Source: Dictyostelium discoideum (lineage: Eukaryota). From it: a stretch of 64,000 bases of DNA. The translations under genes and the position numbers were made by a program. The stretch lies in NCBI GenBank assembly GCA_000004695.1, contig CM000151.3, positions 6,944,001-7,008,000 on the forward strand. The letters run 5' to 3'. Position 1 is the first letter of the stretch. The number at the start of each line of letters is the position of its first letter. The notes under the pieces were generated by a model that was given only the letters and a program-made list of their open reading frames with translations, did no database searches and had not been told where the DNA came from. Shown piece after piece: positions 1 to 12,283 of this stretch.

Positions 1-2733
1 TCAGCACAAAAACTATTAAAACATAAATGGATTCAAGCAAGTATAAAGAAAAAACCAGTTGAAAATGGTGCAGGTGGTGTTGGAAATGGTACAGATTCAT
101 TGGGTGCACCTGCAAACATTGATGATATAGCAAAGAATATTACAGATTACAATGAACGTATTAATAAAAAACCATCACATCAAAGAAAACCTTCAATTCA
201 TCCAAAATCACCAAAAGGTAAAGTATTTTTACCACCACCTGAAGAAGAAGAAGATGAATGGGGTGATGATTTTAGTAATACTCCAAAATCAATTAAATTA
301 CCTGATAAAAAATCACCATTAAAATTAACAAATAATAAACCTTCAACACCATTAAAACAACAACCAACAAATAATACACCAGTACAACAACAACAACAAC
401 AACAACAACCACCACCACTTAAATTAGCAGTACCAAAACAACCAGTTATTGAAAATGATGATGATTGGGGTGATGATTTTAATACAGTTTCAGATTTATC
501 AAAAGCAGTTGGTTCATTAAATTTCAATAATAATAAAAAGAATGAAACACCAAAACCAAATATAAAGAAACCAACATTTAGTGAGGATGAAGATGAAGAT
601 GATGATGATGATGGATTTGGTAGTGGTGGTGATGATGAAGATGATGATTTTGGTGATATACCAACATCAATTAAATTAAATCCAAAATTCGGATCAAATA
701 TAAAAGGAAATAGTAGTGGTAGTGCAAATACAACAAATTCATCATCAACTGTTGTACAACAACCAAAATTAACAGTATCTAATAATAACAATAATAATAA
801 TAAGAAATTACCATTATCACCAAGACAACCATCATCAGGTAATGTTAAAGAGGGTATTAATCATGGTAGTACAGGTAGTAAGAGTGGTGGTGTAATTATT
901 GATCAATGGGGAGAGGATGGTGAAGAAGATAATGATTGGGGAGATGTTGCAACAGTTAATTTTGATCCAAAAGTAATTAGAAAAGGTACAGTTAATAAAC
1001 CAGATCTTTCAACTAGATTAAAGAATAGAATTGCATTATCAGAGACAGCATTAAGTAATAGTTTTAATAATAATGGTAATGATGATGAGGATGAAGATAT
1101 TTTCGCCGATGATTTCGATGAAGATGATGATGAAGATTTCGATTTGGATAAGAATTTAATGAAGGATAACTATGCAAGAATGTCATCAGAGATTTTAAAA
1201 CTTATGAATCTATTAACACCAGAACAACCCGAAGAAGTGATCTCTAGTGCATGCACTCAATTGATTACAATGTTCAAAGAGAACTCTGAACAAAAGACCC
1301 TATTAATTCGACGTCATGGTGTTATTCCAATCATGGAGATGTTGGAGGTTTCAAATATTCAATCACATGTACTTTGCTCAATTCTAAAGGTTGTCAATCA
1401 AATTATCGATAACAATATGGAGATTCAAGAGAATCTATGTTTGGTTGGTGGTATTCCAGCGATTATGAAATTTTCAGGACCTGAATATCCAGCATCTGTT
1501 CGTTTGGAGACCGCTTCATTCATTAGTAAAATGTGTAGTACTTCAACATTGACATTGCAAATGTTTATTGCATGTAAAGGTTTACCCATTTTAGTGGACT
1601 TTTTATTATCACCATACGCCGAGAGTAAACGTTTGGTTTGGATGGCCGTCGATGCCATTGTAAATGTTTTCGAATTACAATCACCAACACCAAAGAATGA
1701 TTTTTGTCGTCTCTTTTCAAAATGTGGACTTTTAAAAACACTTCCAATCGTATTAAGAGATTCAATTGCAGATGGTGAAGCCGCTGCAACCTATCCCGAT
1801 AGAATCATAAATTTATTCATTATGTTTTCTGCAGCAGATTCCGTTGTTAGAAAGACAATGTCTGCCGTTGAGGTTATTCGTCCAATTTTAGATACACTCT
1901 CACAATTGATGCCAGAACAATTGGCAAAAGTATTGAAAAGTATTAAACAATTATCCATGGATCATAATACATTGGCCAATCTACAAAATGCAGGTGCCAT
2001 TCGTTTTATGGTACCATTTTTAGGTCGTCGTACTGGTGCATTTGTTGCAGAGATTCATAATCATGTTTTGAATACAATGTTCCATCTTTGTCGTATCGAT
2101 CCAGAGAGACAATATCAAGCTGCTATCGATGGTATCATACCACATCTTCAATACTTTATCACTAGTCATTCACCATTGAATCAATTTGCCTTACCAATCA
2201 TTTGTGATTTAGCTCATTCAAAGAAAGCAAGATCTGAACTTTGGAAAAATAATGGTGTCGCTTTCTATTTATCACTCTTGGAGGAACGTTATTGGCAAGT
2301 GAATGCTTTGGATTCTTTGGCAGTTTGGATCACTGATGAAACTCACAAGGTTGAGAATATCATTGCAACCAATGAAAACATAAAGAAATTGATTCAACTC
2401 TTTACCAATGCTGAATCTCAATCTTTTGCTGGTATCTTGGAGCCATTATTAAAGATTATTCAAATTTCAATACCTGTAAATATCCTCTTGGGAACTTCAA
2501 ATTTCATCACTAAAATCATCGATAAATTGGGTCATACTAATCCTCAAGTACGTTTGAACCTCTTGAAAATTATTACCTCCCTCTATGAATGTCATCCAAA
2601 TGCTAAAAAGATGATTCAAGAATTTAAACTCATTCCAATCATTCAAAAGATTGCAGATACCGATAAATCTGTTTTGGTTCAAAAAATGGCAAGCAAATTA
2701 CTTGAAGCCTTTAATGCTAATACTGTAATTTAA
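1..2733 (+). CDS. sepA: C-terminal part of a Cdc7/MAP3K-epsilon-like Ser/Thr kinase: end of the kinase domain, an acidic/poly-Q linker and an armadillo/HEAT-like region. The gene is truncated at the window start and likely has a single exon within this window.
   Basis: The frame is open from nt 1. It begins ...[14 protein letters not shown], a typical kinase subdomain XI ending. This is followed by a D/E-rich and (CAA)n poly-Q low-complexity stretch, then about 500 aa of helical-repeat sequence ([12 protein letters not shown]...[12 protein letters not shown]...) as seen in S. pombe Cdc7, plant MAP3Kepsilon and Dictyostelium SepA. Stop TAA at 2731-2733. The symbol is assigned by family resemblance only. 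Confidence 0.65.
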
Positions 2734-3140
2734 AAATAAAATAAAATAAAAAAATAAAATAAAAAAAAAAAAAAATAAAATAATTATATATATATTTCCT
2801 AAATATTTTTTTTATTTTATTTTAATTTCCAAAAAAAAAAAAAAAATTAACTGAGTTTGGATGTAGTTGTTTCCTCTGAGGATAATTTATTACGTCGTAA
2901 GAAGTTTTTAATTTTAAATGTGGTGTAATAGGAAAGTAATTATTATTGTTATCATCATTTTTTAGATATCTACTTTTTAAATATGTTAAATAAATAATTC
3001 AAATAACAAAATTGTAGTTGGTTAGATGAATTGGTTAAAGGAGATAAGATTTGGAAGAGCTTATTCAGGAATACAAAAAACTTTGCAAAGTATTAGTTTT
3101 CTTGTTTTTATTATTTGTTTAATAGGAAGCGAGTAGGCGA

Positions 3141-3144
3141 TATA

Positions 3145-3183
<39 letters not shown>

Positions 3184-4118
3184 TGGATTAACAAGATTGA
3201 TATATGTCCATCTGTGTTAATACGAGTTTTTATTTAATATTTATTTATAGGCTTATCATTTAAGCTGAAGGGTTATTTTAATCATATGAATTGATCAAAA
3301 GATATAATATTTGGGAGAGATGATTCTGGAATACAATAGTAATTAGCTGTTGTTTTTCTTAGCTTGATCGTTGAGGTGAGAAGGATCTTAGGATCTTTGA
3401 AATTATTATGGTCTTTTGCTGATAAGTTTTTCAGATCTTTTGCTTTTTTGATGTATTCTAGAGTGGCCAATTTGTGCCATTTCTTTAGAAGGGAGCTGTA
3501 TGATAGTGATTCATTTGTTAAAGGATCTTCACTGTATATTTGATTGCAAATCCAAATCCAAATGTTGTGGAGGATAAGGGTCATTAGGTTTCTATATGCG
3601 AATGATCTGGTTAGATCATAGTCTATTGCTTTATAGTTCCATTCAAAGTATTCTTTGTGGAATCTGTGGTTGGCGTAATCTGCATTCACTTCTTGATCTT
3701 TTTTGGCTATCGGTGATAATTTTGGAGTTATTCTATTAATGAAATTGTTATTTTGCCTAATTCTTGTATGGTGCCAGTTTTTACCTTTGCCTGTGGTAAT
3801 ATAGATGAAATTTTTGAGTTTATTTATTTTTATGAATTGTTTTGTTTTCTTGCATGAGAAGAACAGGTGACCGTATGGGTCTTTGCTCATATCTTCTTTG
3901 CAGAGTGGGCATTGTTTGTTGTGAAGGTAGTTTATTGGAAGGCATCTGGCATGGAATCTAAACATTATGTCTCTTGTTTTAGGGTCTTTTATCTTCAGTA
4001 TGTTGTTGAAGAGTTGATTATAGCTGTAGCCTCTTAAGTTTAGAGATGATTGGAATTCCGTTTTAGGGATGGTTGGATTTTGGTCTTGAATTGTGGTATA
4101 CCATTCCCGAGGCATCAC
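3141..4118 (-). mobile_element. 5'-truncated TRE-type non-LTR retrotransposon fragment (TRE3-like, lying downstream of tRNA-Leu). It has an ORF2 C-terminus with a CCHC-like Cys motif, a 3'UTR and an oligo(A) tail.
   Basis: ORF 3282..4118 (-) encodes ...CPLCKEDMSKDPYGHLFFSCKK... and ...LEYIKKAKDLKNLSAKDHNNFKDPK...ANYYCIPE, a reverse-transcriptase C-terminal/Cys motif. It is homologous to two other degenerate copies in the window (5500-6600 and 63296-63420). The T-run 3141-3178 on + is the minus-strand poly(A) tail. The 5' end abuts the ex-B box of the tRNA at 4162-4244. Confidence 0.7.
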
Positions 4119-4119
4119 G

Positions 4120-4130
4120 GGAATCGAACC
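4120..4130 (-). promoter_or_regulatory. External B box (exB) about 35 bp downstream of tRNA-Leu.
   Basis: Minus-strand GGTTCGATTCC sits 32-42 nt past the tRNA 3' end. Dictyostelium tRNA genes commonly carry an extra B box at about this distance (established knowledge). Confidence 0.6.
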
Positions 4131-4161
4131 TATGGTTTATATTGACGACTTGTCAAAACAT

Positions 4162-4244
4162 TGCAAGAGGCGAGATTCGAACTCGCGAACCGAATGGATG
4201 AGATCTTAAGTCACACGGATTTAACCAGACTTTCCTACCCTTGC
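4162..4244 (-). tRNA. tRNA-Leu (anticodon UAA), class II with a long variable arm.
   Basis: The minus-strand sequence is GCAAGGGTAGGAAAGTCTGGTTAAATCCGTGTGACTTAAGATCTCATCCATTCGGTTCGCGAGTTCGAATCTCGCCTCTTGCA. The acceptor stem pairs GCAAGGG with CTCTTGC. The anticodon loop is CTTAAGA (TAA). The T-arm is GCGAG-TTCGAAT-CTCGC. Length is 83 nt. Confidence 0.85.
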
Positions 4245-4289
4245 TTTGATGAAATTTTATTTTTTTTAGTATCTTGTCGCCAAATACAA

Positions 4290-6650
4290 TAAATTGCGTT
4301 ATTCTGAAGAATAAATAAAAAAAAGTGGCCAAATACAATTTCCAATTCAAAAAAAAAAAAAAAAAAAAAAAATGCCAAATACAATAGGAAAAACAAACAA
4401 CAACCTCTTTTTTTGGAACGCAAGTTAATCAGAAAATTTCCAGATTTTTAACTTTTTAAAGTAAAATAAAAAAAATAGAAAGAAAATAAGATGAAAATCA
4501 CAAACAACACCACAAATATTAAGCAACACAAATGCCTACAAAAAATAAGCGAAATTGTCGATAAAACTCAAATAAAAAAAAAACAATTCAAATATGTCAT
4601 CAACATCAACCACGAAGCCTACGATAAAATAAAAAAAGATTTAGAAAAAAGTTTGGACAAAAAAGATGTTTTAATCAAAAGTAATAATACAATTCAAAAT
4701 TTGAAACAAAAAAAAAAAAAAAAAAAAAAAAGTAAACTAACCCTCTTTTAGAGACCCTGTAAAAAAACTACAAATAAAATTAGATCTAGCATCTCAAGGA
4801 GAAGCAACTAATAATTGCGTTATCCAATTCAAAAAAAAAAAAATAAAAATAAAAAAAAAAGCCAAATACAATATAAATAAAAAATCATTAACAAATCTAA
4901 AAAATTGTAATGCTTTTCTTTAAATTTAAGTTATATATTAAATTAAATAATATTTCAAATCTCATTCATTTTAAATAATTACTTCAAGATAAAAAAGATA
5001 AAAAGGAATTTTTAAAATTGGATTTTTCAAGATAATTTTTTATCCCACAAAATTCCAAAAAAAAAAATTTCACGATATAAATTATTCAGTTTTAACAGTT
5101 TTTAATTGAGGGAGGCCGTTCTTATCAATAAACCTTACAGACACCGGTAAAATCTGCATTGCCAACGTTCGGCAAACAAATTCAATCAATATAATAAGTA
5201 ACTTAACACTTGCCTTTTTTAAAAAATTTTTTGGACTCATATTTGAAAAATGACAGAAATCCTTGATTCGATTCTGTACTATCCTTGATTCGATTCTGTA
5301 CTGTGGAAAACATCGAGTTCGACAATAAAGATAAAAGCCACTATTCTAAAAGCCTTTGCACTATCTAAATTAACATACTACTCATATGTAGAATGCTTTA
5401 ACGTTGATGAAATAAAGTAACAAATAAATTGGTATAATTGTTTTTATCAGAACCAAACAATAGAAATTCAAGTAGTTTTAAGTAATAAATCAAATGCCAA
5501 CTAAAAGAGCCCGATATCCAATGAGTGAAGGAAAGTGGGACATATGGAACATTGACCAGAGACAATCCACTCAGAAACTATTGGAGATTAACCAATTCAT
5601 GCACGATTCATTAACAAAATCAATTGTCTCCTCTGACCATTAGAGCTGGGAATATCAATTCACAAAAAACATATTCACATCTAAATATCTTTAAACCAAT
5701 CTTGAAAACAACATAAGAAAGAAAAGAGCCATCTATACTCAGATCCTAACACCGATTAAAAACAATAATAACCAACCATTATCACAAACAGATTGGTACG
5801 ACGAAATTCATAAACAACACGCCAACATTCCAAAGATCGGATTTCAATGGACACTCAATTTGAGAGGTTATCATAGCTATGGTCAAATATTCAAAAACAT
5901 TCTTTTAATAAAAGATCCAAAAACAAAAGACACGTAGTTCAGATTTCACGCAAGATGTTTATCATTAAACTATCTCTATAATAAATATTGTACTCTTTGT
6001 AATGAAAATTTAGGAAATGATCCTTATGGTCATCTCTTCTTTAATTGTAAGAAAACACCAGAATTTCTAGAATCAAGCAAATTGAAAACCTCATATTCAT
6101 TGAATGAGGTCGAGTCACACATTCGACCCACCAAAGGACCAGATACAAAAACAATAATTTTTTAACAGAATTCCACCAAATATGAAGAAGGATCATGAGG
6201 ATAAGATAAACTACTCAAATCTAGATTCCACTAAGAATACTTTGAATGGTGATATGAATGTGTTAATTATGAGCTATTCAAAACCTTTGAAGAAATAAAC
6301 ATAATGGCATTAATAATTCATGACATCCGGGTTTTGGCCTGTAATCAATAGTATAGCGATGAACCCTCTATAGGTGAAAAACTATCATCCACAAACCTTC
6401 TTAATAAAATGTTTCAAACTAACCACTTTGGAATATATTAAAAAAGCAAAAAACTTAAAATCGACTATTTCAAAAGGTCCGAACAATTTTAAAGATCCAA
6501 ACGATTTCCTTAAACAAATAATTAAATTAAGAAAATCAAATTGCAAACACTACTGTATTCCAAATCTAGTCTTATTGGATCAATTAATTTTAAAATACTA
6601 ACTGCTATTTTAAAAACACAACAAACTATCATTTAATTATTTATTTACTG

Positions 6651-6682
<32 letters not shown>
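4290..6682 (+). mobile_element. Internally deleted TRE5-type non-LTR retroelement (TRE5-A.2-like) inserted head-to-head about 50 bp upstream of tRNA-Leu. It has a 5' repeat-bearing module, a degenerate ORF2 C-terminus and a poly(A) tail.
   Basis: A repeated 12-mer GCCAAATACAAT occurs at 4278, 4330, 4371 and 4861. A 22-bp direct repeat ATCCTTGATTCGATTCTGTACT occurs twice at 5266-5309. The ORF2-end homology from about 5500 to 6601 is interrupted by stops and frameshifts (..FHARCLSLNYLYNKYCTLCNENLGNDPYGHLFFNCKKT.. / ..LEYIKKAKNLKSTISKGPNNFKDP..KHYCIPN), so it is a pseudogene. A(29) tail lies at 6654-6682. The boundaries are approximate. Confidence 0.6.
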
Positions 6683-6685
<3 letters not shown>

Positions 6686-7074
6686 TAATAATAATAGTAA
6701 TATCATCTTTTTTAAAAATCAAAATTCTGTATTAGATAATTCAAACTAAAACAATATCTGTATTAGAACATTTAGATTAATTAATAAAATATATATATAA
6801 TATAAAAATTAAATAAATATTAAATACTAAAGTTTTTAATTCAATTTATTTAAAAATATATGTATTTATTACAGATTTTTTTTTTTTTTTATTTTTTTTT
6901 TTTTTGTTTTTCTTGTTATTTTTAATTGATACTTAAATAGTTGGTTGGATGGTTTTTTTTCTTTTTATTTTTTTTTTTTTTTTTTTTTTGTTATCTAATG
7001 ATGTAAGGATAGATATAATATATAAAAAATTCACCATTATTTGCGTGTATGTTGTTGTTGTTGTTGTTTTTTGT

Positions 7075-8445
7075 TTATTTATTCCATTCTAAATATTTTG
7101 GTGAACCAAGTACTCTTGGGCTGATCTTGTGTTTAATAGCTATGTTATTTTTTAAAAAATGAATAAAGTGTTAGTTTTAAAAAAAAAAAAAATTTATTGT
7201 TTTATTTTTTTTATTTTACTTACCAAATACGACACCTTGAACGAAACAAATAATACCAACAATAATGTAAGCATAACCTAAAAATGGATTTTTACCACCA
7301 ATCCATGAAGTTGTTGATAAAACTACATATTTTTTACCATCAAATGAAGCAACTGGGTATTCTATATTTTATAAAAGTATTGAAATATAGGTTAACTTGG
7401 GACTATTTCTTTATTTAAAAATAAAATAATAAATAATAATAATAATAATAATAAATTAAAACTTACTATTATCAATTCTAATTTGAATGGTACCACTCAA
7501 TGGACCATTTTGACCATGATAAATTCTGTAAAGTTTTTTAAAATCTGGTAAAGCAGCAGTTCTCATCCAAACAATGAAATCTTCATCTTCAAAATTTGAA
7601 AAATTAATTACACCTACACCATTCTCTGGGTAATTTTTAAACTTCTTATCAATATCTGATTGCCATGCAATACCTTTTTTGGTTAAATTTATTAAATTAC
7701 CTGAAGCATCTGCTAATGAAATTGAATCTATTTTAATCAAAATAATAAAAAAAAGTTTAAATTTTAATAATAAATTCCATTTCTCTTTGAAACTACATGT
7801 ATATATATAAAGATTGTTTTTATAATTTTTTAAAATCATACCATTAAAAACACTATTTGCAATTAAACCACATGGAACTAAAATCTTATTAACATCTTCA
7901 GAACCATCAGTTGTAATTAATGGTTCACAATCCTTTAATTTACTGAAATCTGTTACTTCAATACCTCTAAGTTGATCATCATTTCTTGATTTTACATATC
8001 TACGATGGTTTTGATAAAAGTTATCCAATTTATAATACAAATAAACTGGTGATTCCATTTCAGTTGGGAGTGTATAATTAATTGTACATTTTTGTCCTAA
8101 TTGACAATTTGGATTATCGTCATATCTAATTACATGTTCTAACACCTTATTTGATGAATTGATAATTGCTGCTCCAATTGGTATAAAAACAATACCAATA
8201 ACAATAAATGCAATAATTACTGGTCCTGGTGTTAAAATTGGTTCCCATGCTTTTAATCTTTGTTGTTTAAATGCGGTATCTTTTTTTTATTATTTTATTA
8301 TTATTAGTAATATAGAAAAAAAAAAAAAAAAAAAAAACATATTAATAATTTTTATTTTTATTTTTTTTTTATTTATTTTTTTTTTTTCTCGTTATTGTCA
8401 ATACTTACTAGCCGGTCTTTTAGATGAATCTTTGTCAATGGCCAT
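7075..8445 (-). CDS. CDC50/LEM3 (TMEM30) family protein, the beta-subunit of P4-ATPase lipid flippases. It has 4 exons.
   Basis: Exons (-) are 8445..8409, 8279..7467, 7361..7224 and 7139..7075. Donors are GTAAGT x3 and acceptors end in AG. The protein is [12 protein letters not shown]|[49 protein letters not shown]...[25 protein letters not shown]...[13 protein letters not shown]...|[46 protein letters not shown]|[21 protein letters not shown]. The N-terminal TM helix, PCGLIANS motif and C-terminal TM helix are all CDC50 hallmarks. Confidence 0.9.
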
Positions 8446-10074
8446 TTTTTAAAGAATATTACTCTTTCTTATATTATATAACTATATTTAAATCAATGTT
8501 TGTTTAATTAATAGTTAATGAATTATAAAAATAAATAATAAATAATAAATAATAAATTATATGTTTGTGTTAATGTTGGTTTTTTTTTTTTTTTAATGTG
8601 TGAATTTTTTTTTTTTTTATTTTTTTTTTTTTTTTTCAAAAAAATAAAAATTTAAAAATTAATTCCACAAGTTTGTGTGGGGTGGTGTGCTTGTGTGTTA
8701 TTATAAAAACAATTGTTTTGATATAGTTATTTATAAAAATAATTCAATTGTGATGATAATAAAATAAAATTAAAAAAAGAGATGTTTTGTAAAATTTTTT
8801 TTTTTTTGTGATTTTTTTTTTTTTTTATTTTTAATTTTAATTTTAATTATTATTATTATTATTTATTTTATTATTTATTTTATTTTTTTGTTATTATTTT
8901 AGGGTGTCTCTTTTGAACTGGAAAAGAGATTTAAAATCAGTTATATAATATATTACCTATTTAAGATTTTAATTATACAATATTGATGTATTTTACAGAT
9001 TTTTTTTTTTTTTTATTTTATTTAATACTTTTTTTTTAGTTTTTATTTTTTTACTATTTTTTTATTTTTTATTTTTATTTTTTTTTTTTTGGTTATTTAT
9101 AATATTATAAAGATAGTATAAGAAGGTTGGATAAGAAAATTGAATAAAAAAAATGAAAAATAAAAAATAAAAAAAAATAAAAAAAATAAAAAAAAATAAA
9201 AAATCGAACCTTAATTAAAAAAAATAAAAAATAAAATAAAATAAAATAAAATAAAAAATAAATTAATTTTTTTTCTTTTTTATTTTTTTGTTTTTTTTTT
9301 TATTTTATTTTTTTTTTATTTTTTTTTTATTTTTTTTTCTATTTTAATATTATTGTTTTAAAAAAATAAAAAAAAAATAAAAAAATAAAATGAAAAACAT
9401 TTCCTAATTAAAAAAAAGATTTAATTTATTTTTGATAATTAATCGTCCCTCTTTTTTAATCATAAAAATCAACCAAACAAGAATTTAGAGTTTTGGTCAA
9501 ACTTTAAGATTTTAAAAATTTTACATTTTCCATTTATGATCAATAAAAAAATAAATATCAAGATGATTAAATATTTGGCTAAAAGATAATGATCAATAAT
9601 AATTAATAATAATAATAATAATAGTAAATAGATAATATATAGATAAATATAAACAAATATATAAATAAATTTAAATAAATAAGTAGTTATTAAGCAAAAT
9701 ATATAATTCAATAATGGAAAATTGCCTCGTGCAAAATTAACTTATTTTAATGTGTTTTTATTTATTTATTTTTTTTTTTTTTTTTTTTTTTTTTTATTGG
9801 TGACTTTTGGCTATGGTATTTTCAAAATACTTTTCTGAAAAAAACAAAAAAAAAAAAAAAAAGAAATTAAAAAAAAAAGAAAAGTTTTTGGAAAACGTTA
9901 GTGATTAAACTCGAGAAAAATATCTATTTTTTATTTTATTTTATATTTTTTTAAAAAAAAAGTAAAAAAAAAGTAAAAAAAAAGTAAAAAAACAGTAAAG
10001 AAATTTTTTATTTTTACTTTTAAAAAAAAAAATATCATATTTTATTTTATATATATATATAAAAATAGAAAAAA

Positions 10075-10693
10075 ATGAATAAATTAATTTTATCTATTCT
10101 TTCTGTTTTATTAATTGTTTCAATTGCTTCAGCTGGAAATGGTATTGATATTTCATCAGGAACCAATCCATCATCAAGTGATCTTGCATGTTTAGCTAAA
10201 CAAAACTCAAAAATTATTGTCCAAACTTGGTCAGGTGGTTATGGTTTTAATTCAAACGTACCATCAATTGTTCAAGCAGCCAAATCAGCTGGATTAAGTG
10301 TTGATTTATATGCATTTTTATGTTCACAATGTAGTGGTATTACAGACCCAGCAGAAGCAATTAAAACATTGGTTTCAAAATTAAATGGAGTCAAATATGG
10401 TACTTTATGGATTGACGTTGAACAATGTAATGGTTGTTGGAGTAGTACATTATCAAGCAATGCTCAATATGTTCAAACAGCAGTACAAACCGCCTCACAA
10501 TTGGGTGTAAATGTTGGTGTATATTCAAGCGAAGGTGAATGGCCACAAACAGTTGGTTCATTAACCTCTTTATCATCATTCCCATTATGGTATGCTCATT
10601 ATGATAATAATCCAAGTTTTAGTGATCAAGGTTATAATTTTGGTGGTTGGTCTAAAGCTGTCATGAAACAATATCAAGGTAATTAAATTTTAA

Positions 10694-10730
<37 letters not shown>

Positions 10731-11794
10731 GTATTTATATTTTAATATTAATATTTAATTTTAAAATTTCAATATTATAGGTACAACTACCCAATGTGGT
10801 GTTAGTGTTGATTTGGTATGTTTAATTTATTTTTTATTTTTTATTTTTTATTTTTTGTTATCATTTAATTAATTTGTGATATTATTATTATTTTTTATTT
10901 TTAGAATTGGTTCCCAGGTAGTGGTTCATCAACAACTTCATCATCAGCAACCTCATCATCAACAACTGGAAGACCATTAACAAGTTCATCAGGTGCAGGT
11001 ACTGGTGGTCATTCAAGTTCATCAGGTGCAGGAACTGGTGGTCACTCATCAACAACTGGTGGTCAAACCTCTGGTCAAACCTCTGGTCAAACCTCTGGTT
11101 CAAGTAATCAACCACTTTCATCTGGTAGTTCCCAAGATTCTTCAAATAGTGGATCAAGTAACCAACCACTTTCATCTGGTAGTTCACAAGATTCTTCAAA
11201 TAGTGGATCAAGTAATCAACCACTTTCATCTGGTAGTTCACAAACATCTGGTCAAACATCAGGTTCAAGTAATCAACCACTTTCATCTGGTAGTTCACAA
11301 GGTATTTTTCACTATTAATTTTATTTCTTATATTTTATTTTTTTTAATTTCTCTAATAACTAACAACTATTTTATTTATTTTAATAGATTCTGGAAGTAA
11401 TAGTGGAAGTCAAGGAACAACTGGTTCACAAAGTGGTTCAAGTAGTAGTAATCCATTAACCTCTGGATCACAAAGTGGTTCAAGTGGTAGCCAATCAACA
11501 TCTTCTGGATCACAAAGTGGTTCAAGTGGTGCAACTGGAACATCTTCAACTGCTTCATCAACAAGCGCAACTGGATCATCTTCAACTGGTTCTTCAACTG
11601 GTTCATCAAGTGGTTCAAACGATAGTGGTTCAAATGACAGTGGCTCATCAAGCGGTTCAAACAACAGTGGTTCATCAAGCGGTTCAAACAACAGTGGTTC
11701 ATCAAGCGGTTCAGCCTCAAGTTCAGGTTCATCAGGTTCATCAGGAAGTGGCAATTACACTTCTGGTTCAGGAAATGGCGCTTTTTTATTCTAA
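10075..11794 (+). CDS. Secreted GH25-family lysozyme/muramidase with a C-terminal Ser/Gly/Thr-rich mucin-like repeat region. It has 4 exons.
   Basis: Exons are 10075..10678, 10781..10815, 10905..11301 and 11388..11794. There is a signal peptide (MNKLILSILSVLLIVSIASA). GH25 motifs are present: GIDISS...(Asp), ...TLWIDVEQ (D-x-E) and LWYAHYD. Exon 3/4 encode repeats such as GSSNQPLSSGSSQDSSNS x4 and SGSSSGSNNSGSS. The spurious antisense ORFs at 10888..11951 arise from this repeat. Confidence 0.8.
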
Positions 11795-12283
11795 ATTAAA
11801 AATAAAACATATAATATATATTAAAAACTTTTGTAAAGATAAAAAAAAAAAAAAAATTAAAAAAAAAAAAAAACATTTTAAATTACCAATATCTATTAAT
11901 TTATTTAATTTTAAAACTGGATATTTTTTTTTTAAAAAAAAAAAAAAATAATAATAATTGCATATATATTTTTAAAATTAAACTCATTTTTATTTATTCA
12001 TTAATAAAACTATTAATTATTGTTCATTTCCTTGGATGGAATAACACTGATTAATCAGTATTAAAAAAAAAAAAAATAAAAAAAAAAATAATTAAAAAAT
12101 TCTCTTTTTTTTATTTTAATTCAAAAATTAATTTAGAAATAGATATTAAAACTTAAAAAAAATAAAACTAAAATACATTTTTTTTTGATTACCAAAACTA
12201 CTTTTTTGCTACTACAACTAACTCTTTTTTTTTTTGTTTTTTGTTTTTTTATTTTATAAAAAATTAATATTTATTTTATCAAT

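Noticed and set aside
198-791. Antisense 197-aa ORF inside the kinase gene
   Set aside because: It is composed of poly-S/C/F from the reverse complement of (GAT/GAA/CAA)n. It lies opposite a well-supported coding frame.
4119-4135. Second tRNA-like T-arm (GGTTCGATTCC) suggesting another tRNA gene
   Set aside because: No acceptor, D or anticodon arms are present. The position fits the external B box that follows many Dictyostelium tRNA genes.
9469-9711. 80-aa minus ORF (MNYIFCLITTYLFKFIYIF...)
   Set aside because: It is low-complexity I/L/Y/F translation of an AT-rich intergenic repeat and has no coding codon structure.
10888-11951. Four overlapping ORFs (both strands) over the GH25 repeat region
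   Set aside because: They are alternative-frame or antisense readings of the Ser/Gly-codon tandem repeats. Only the + frame joins the GH25 exons with valid splice sites.
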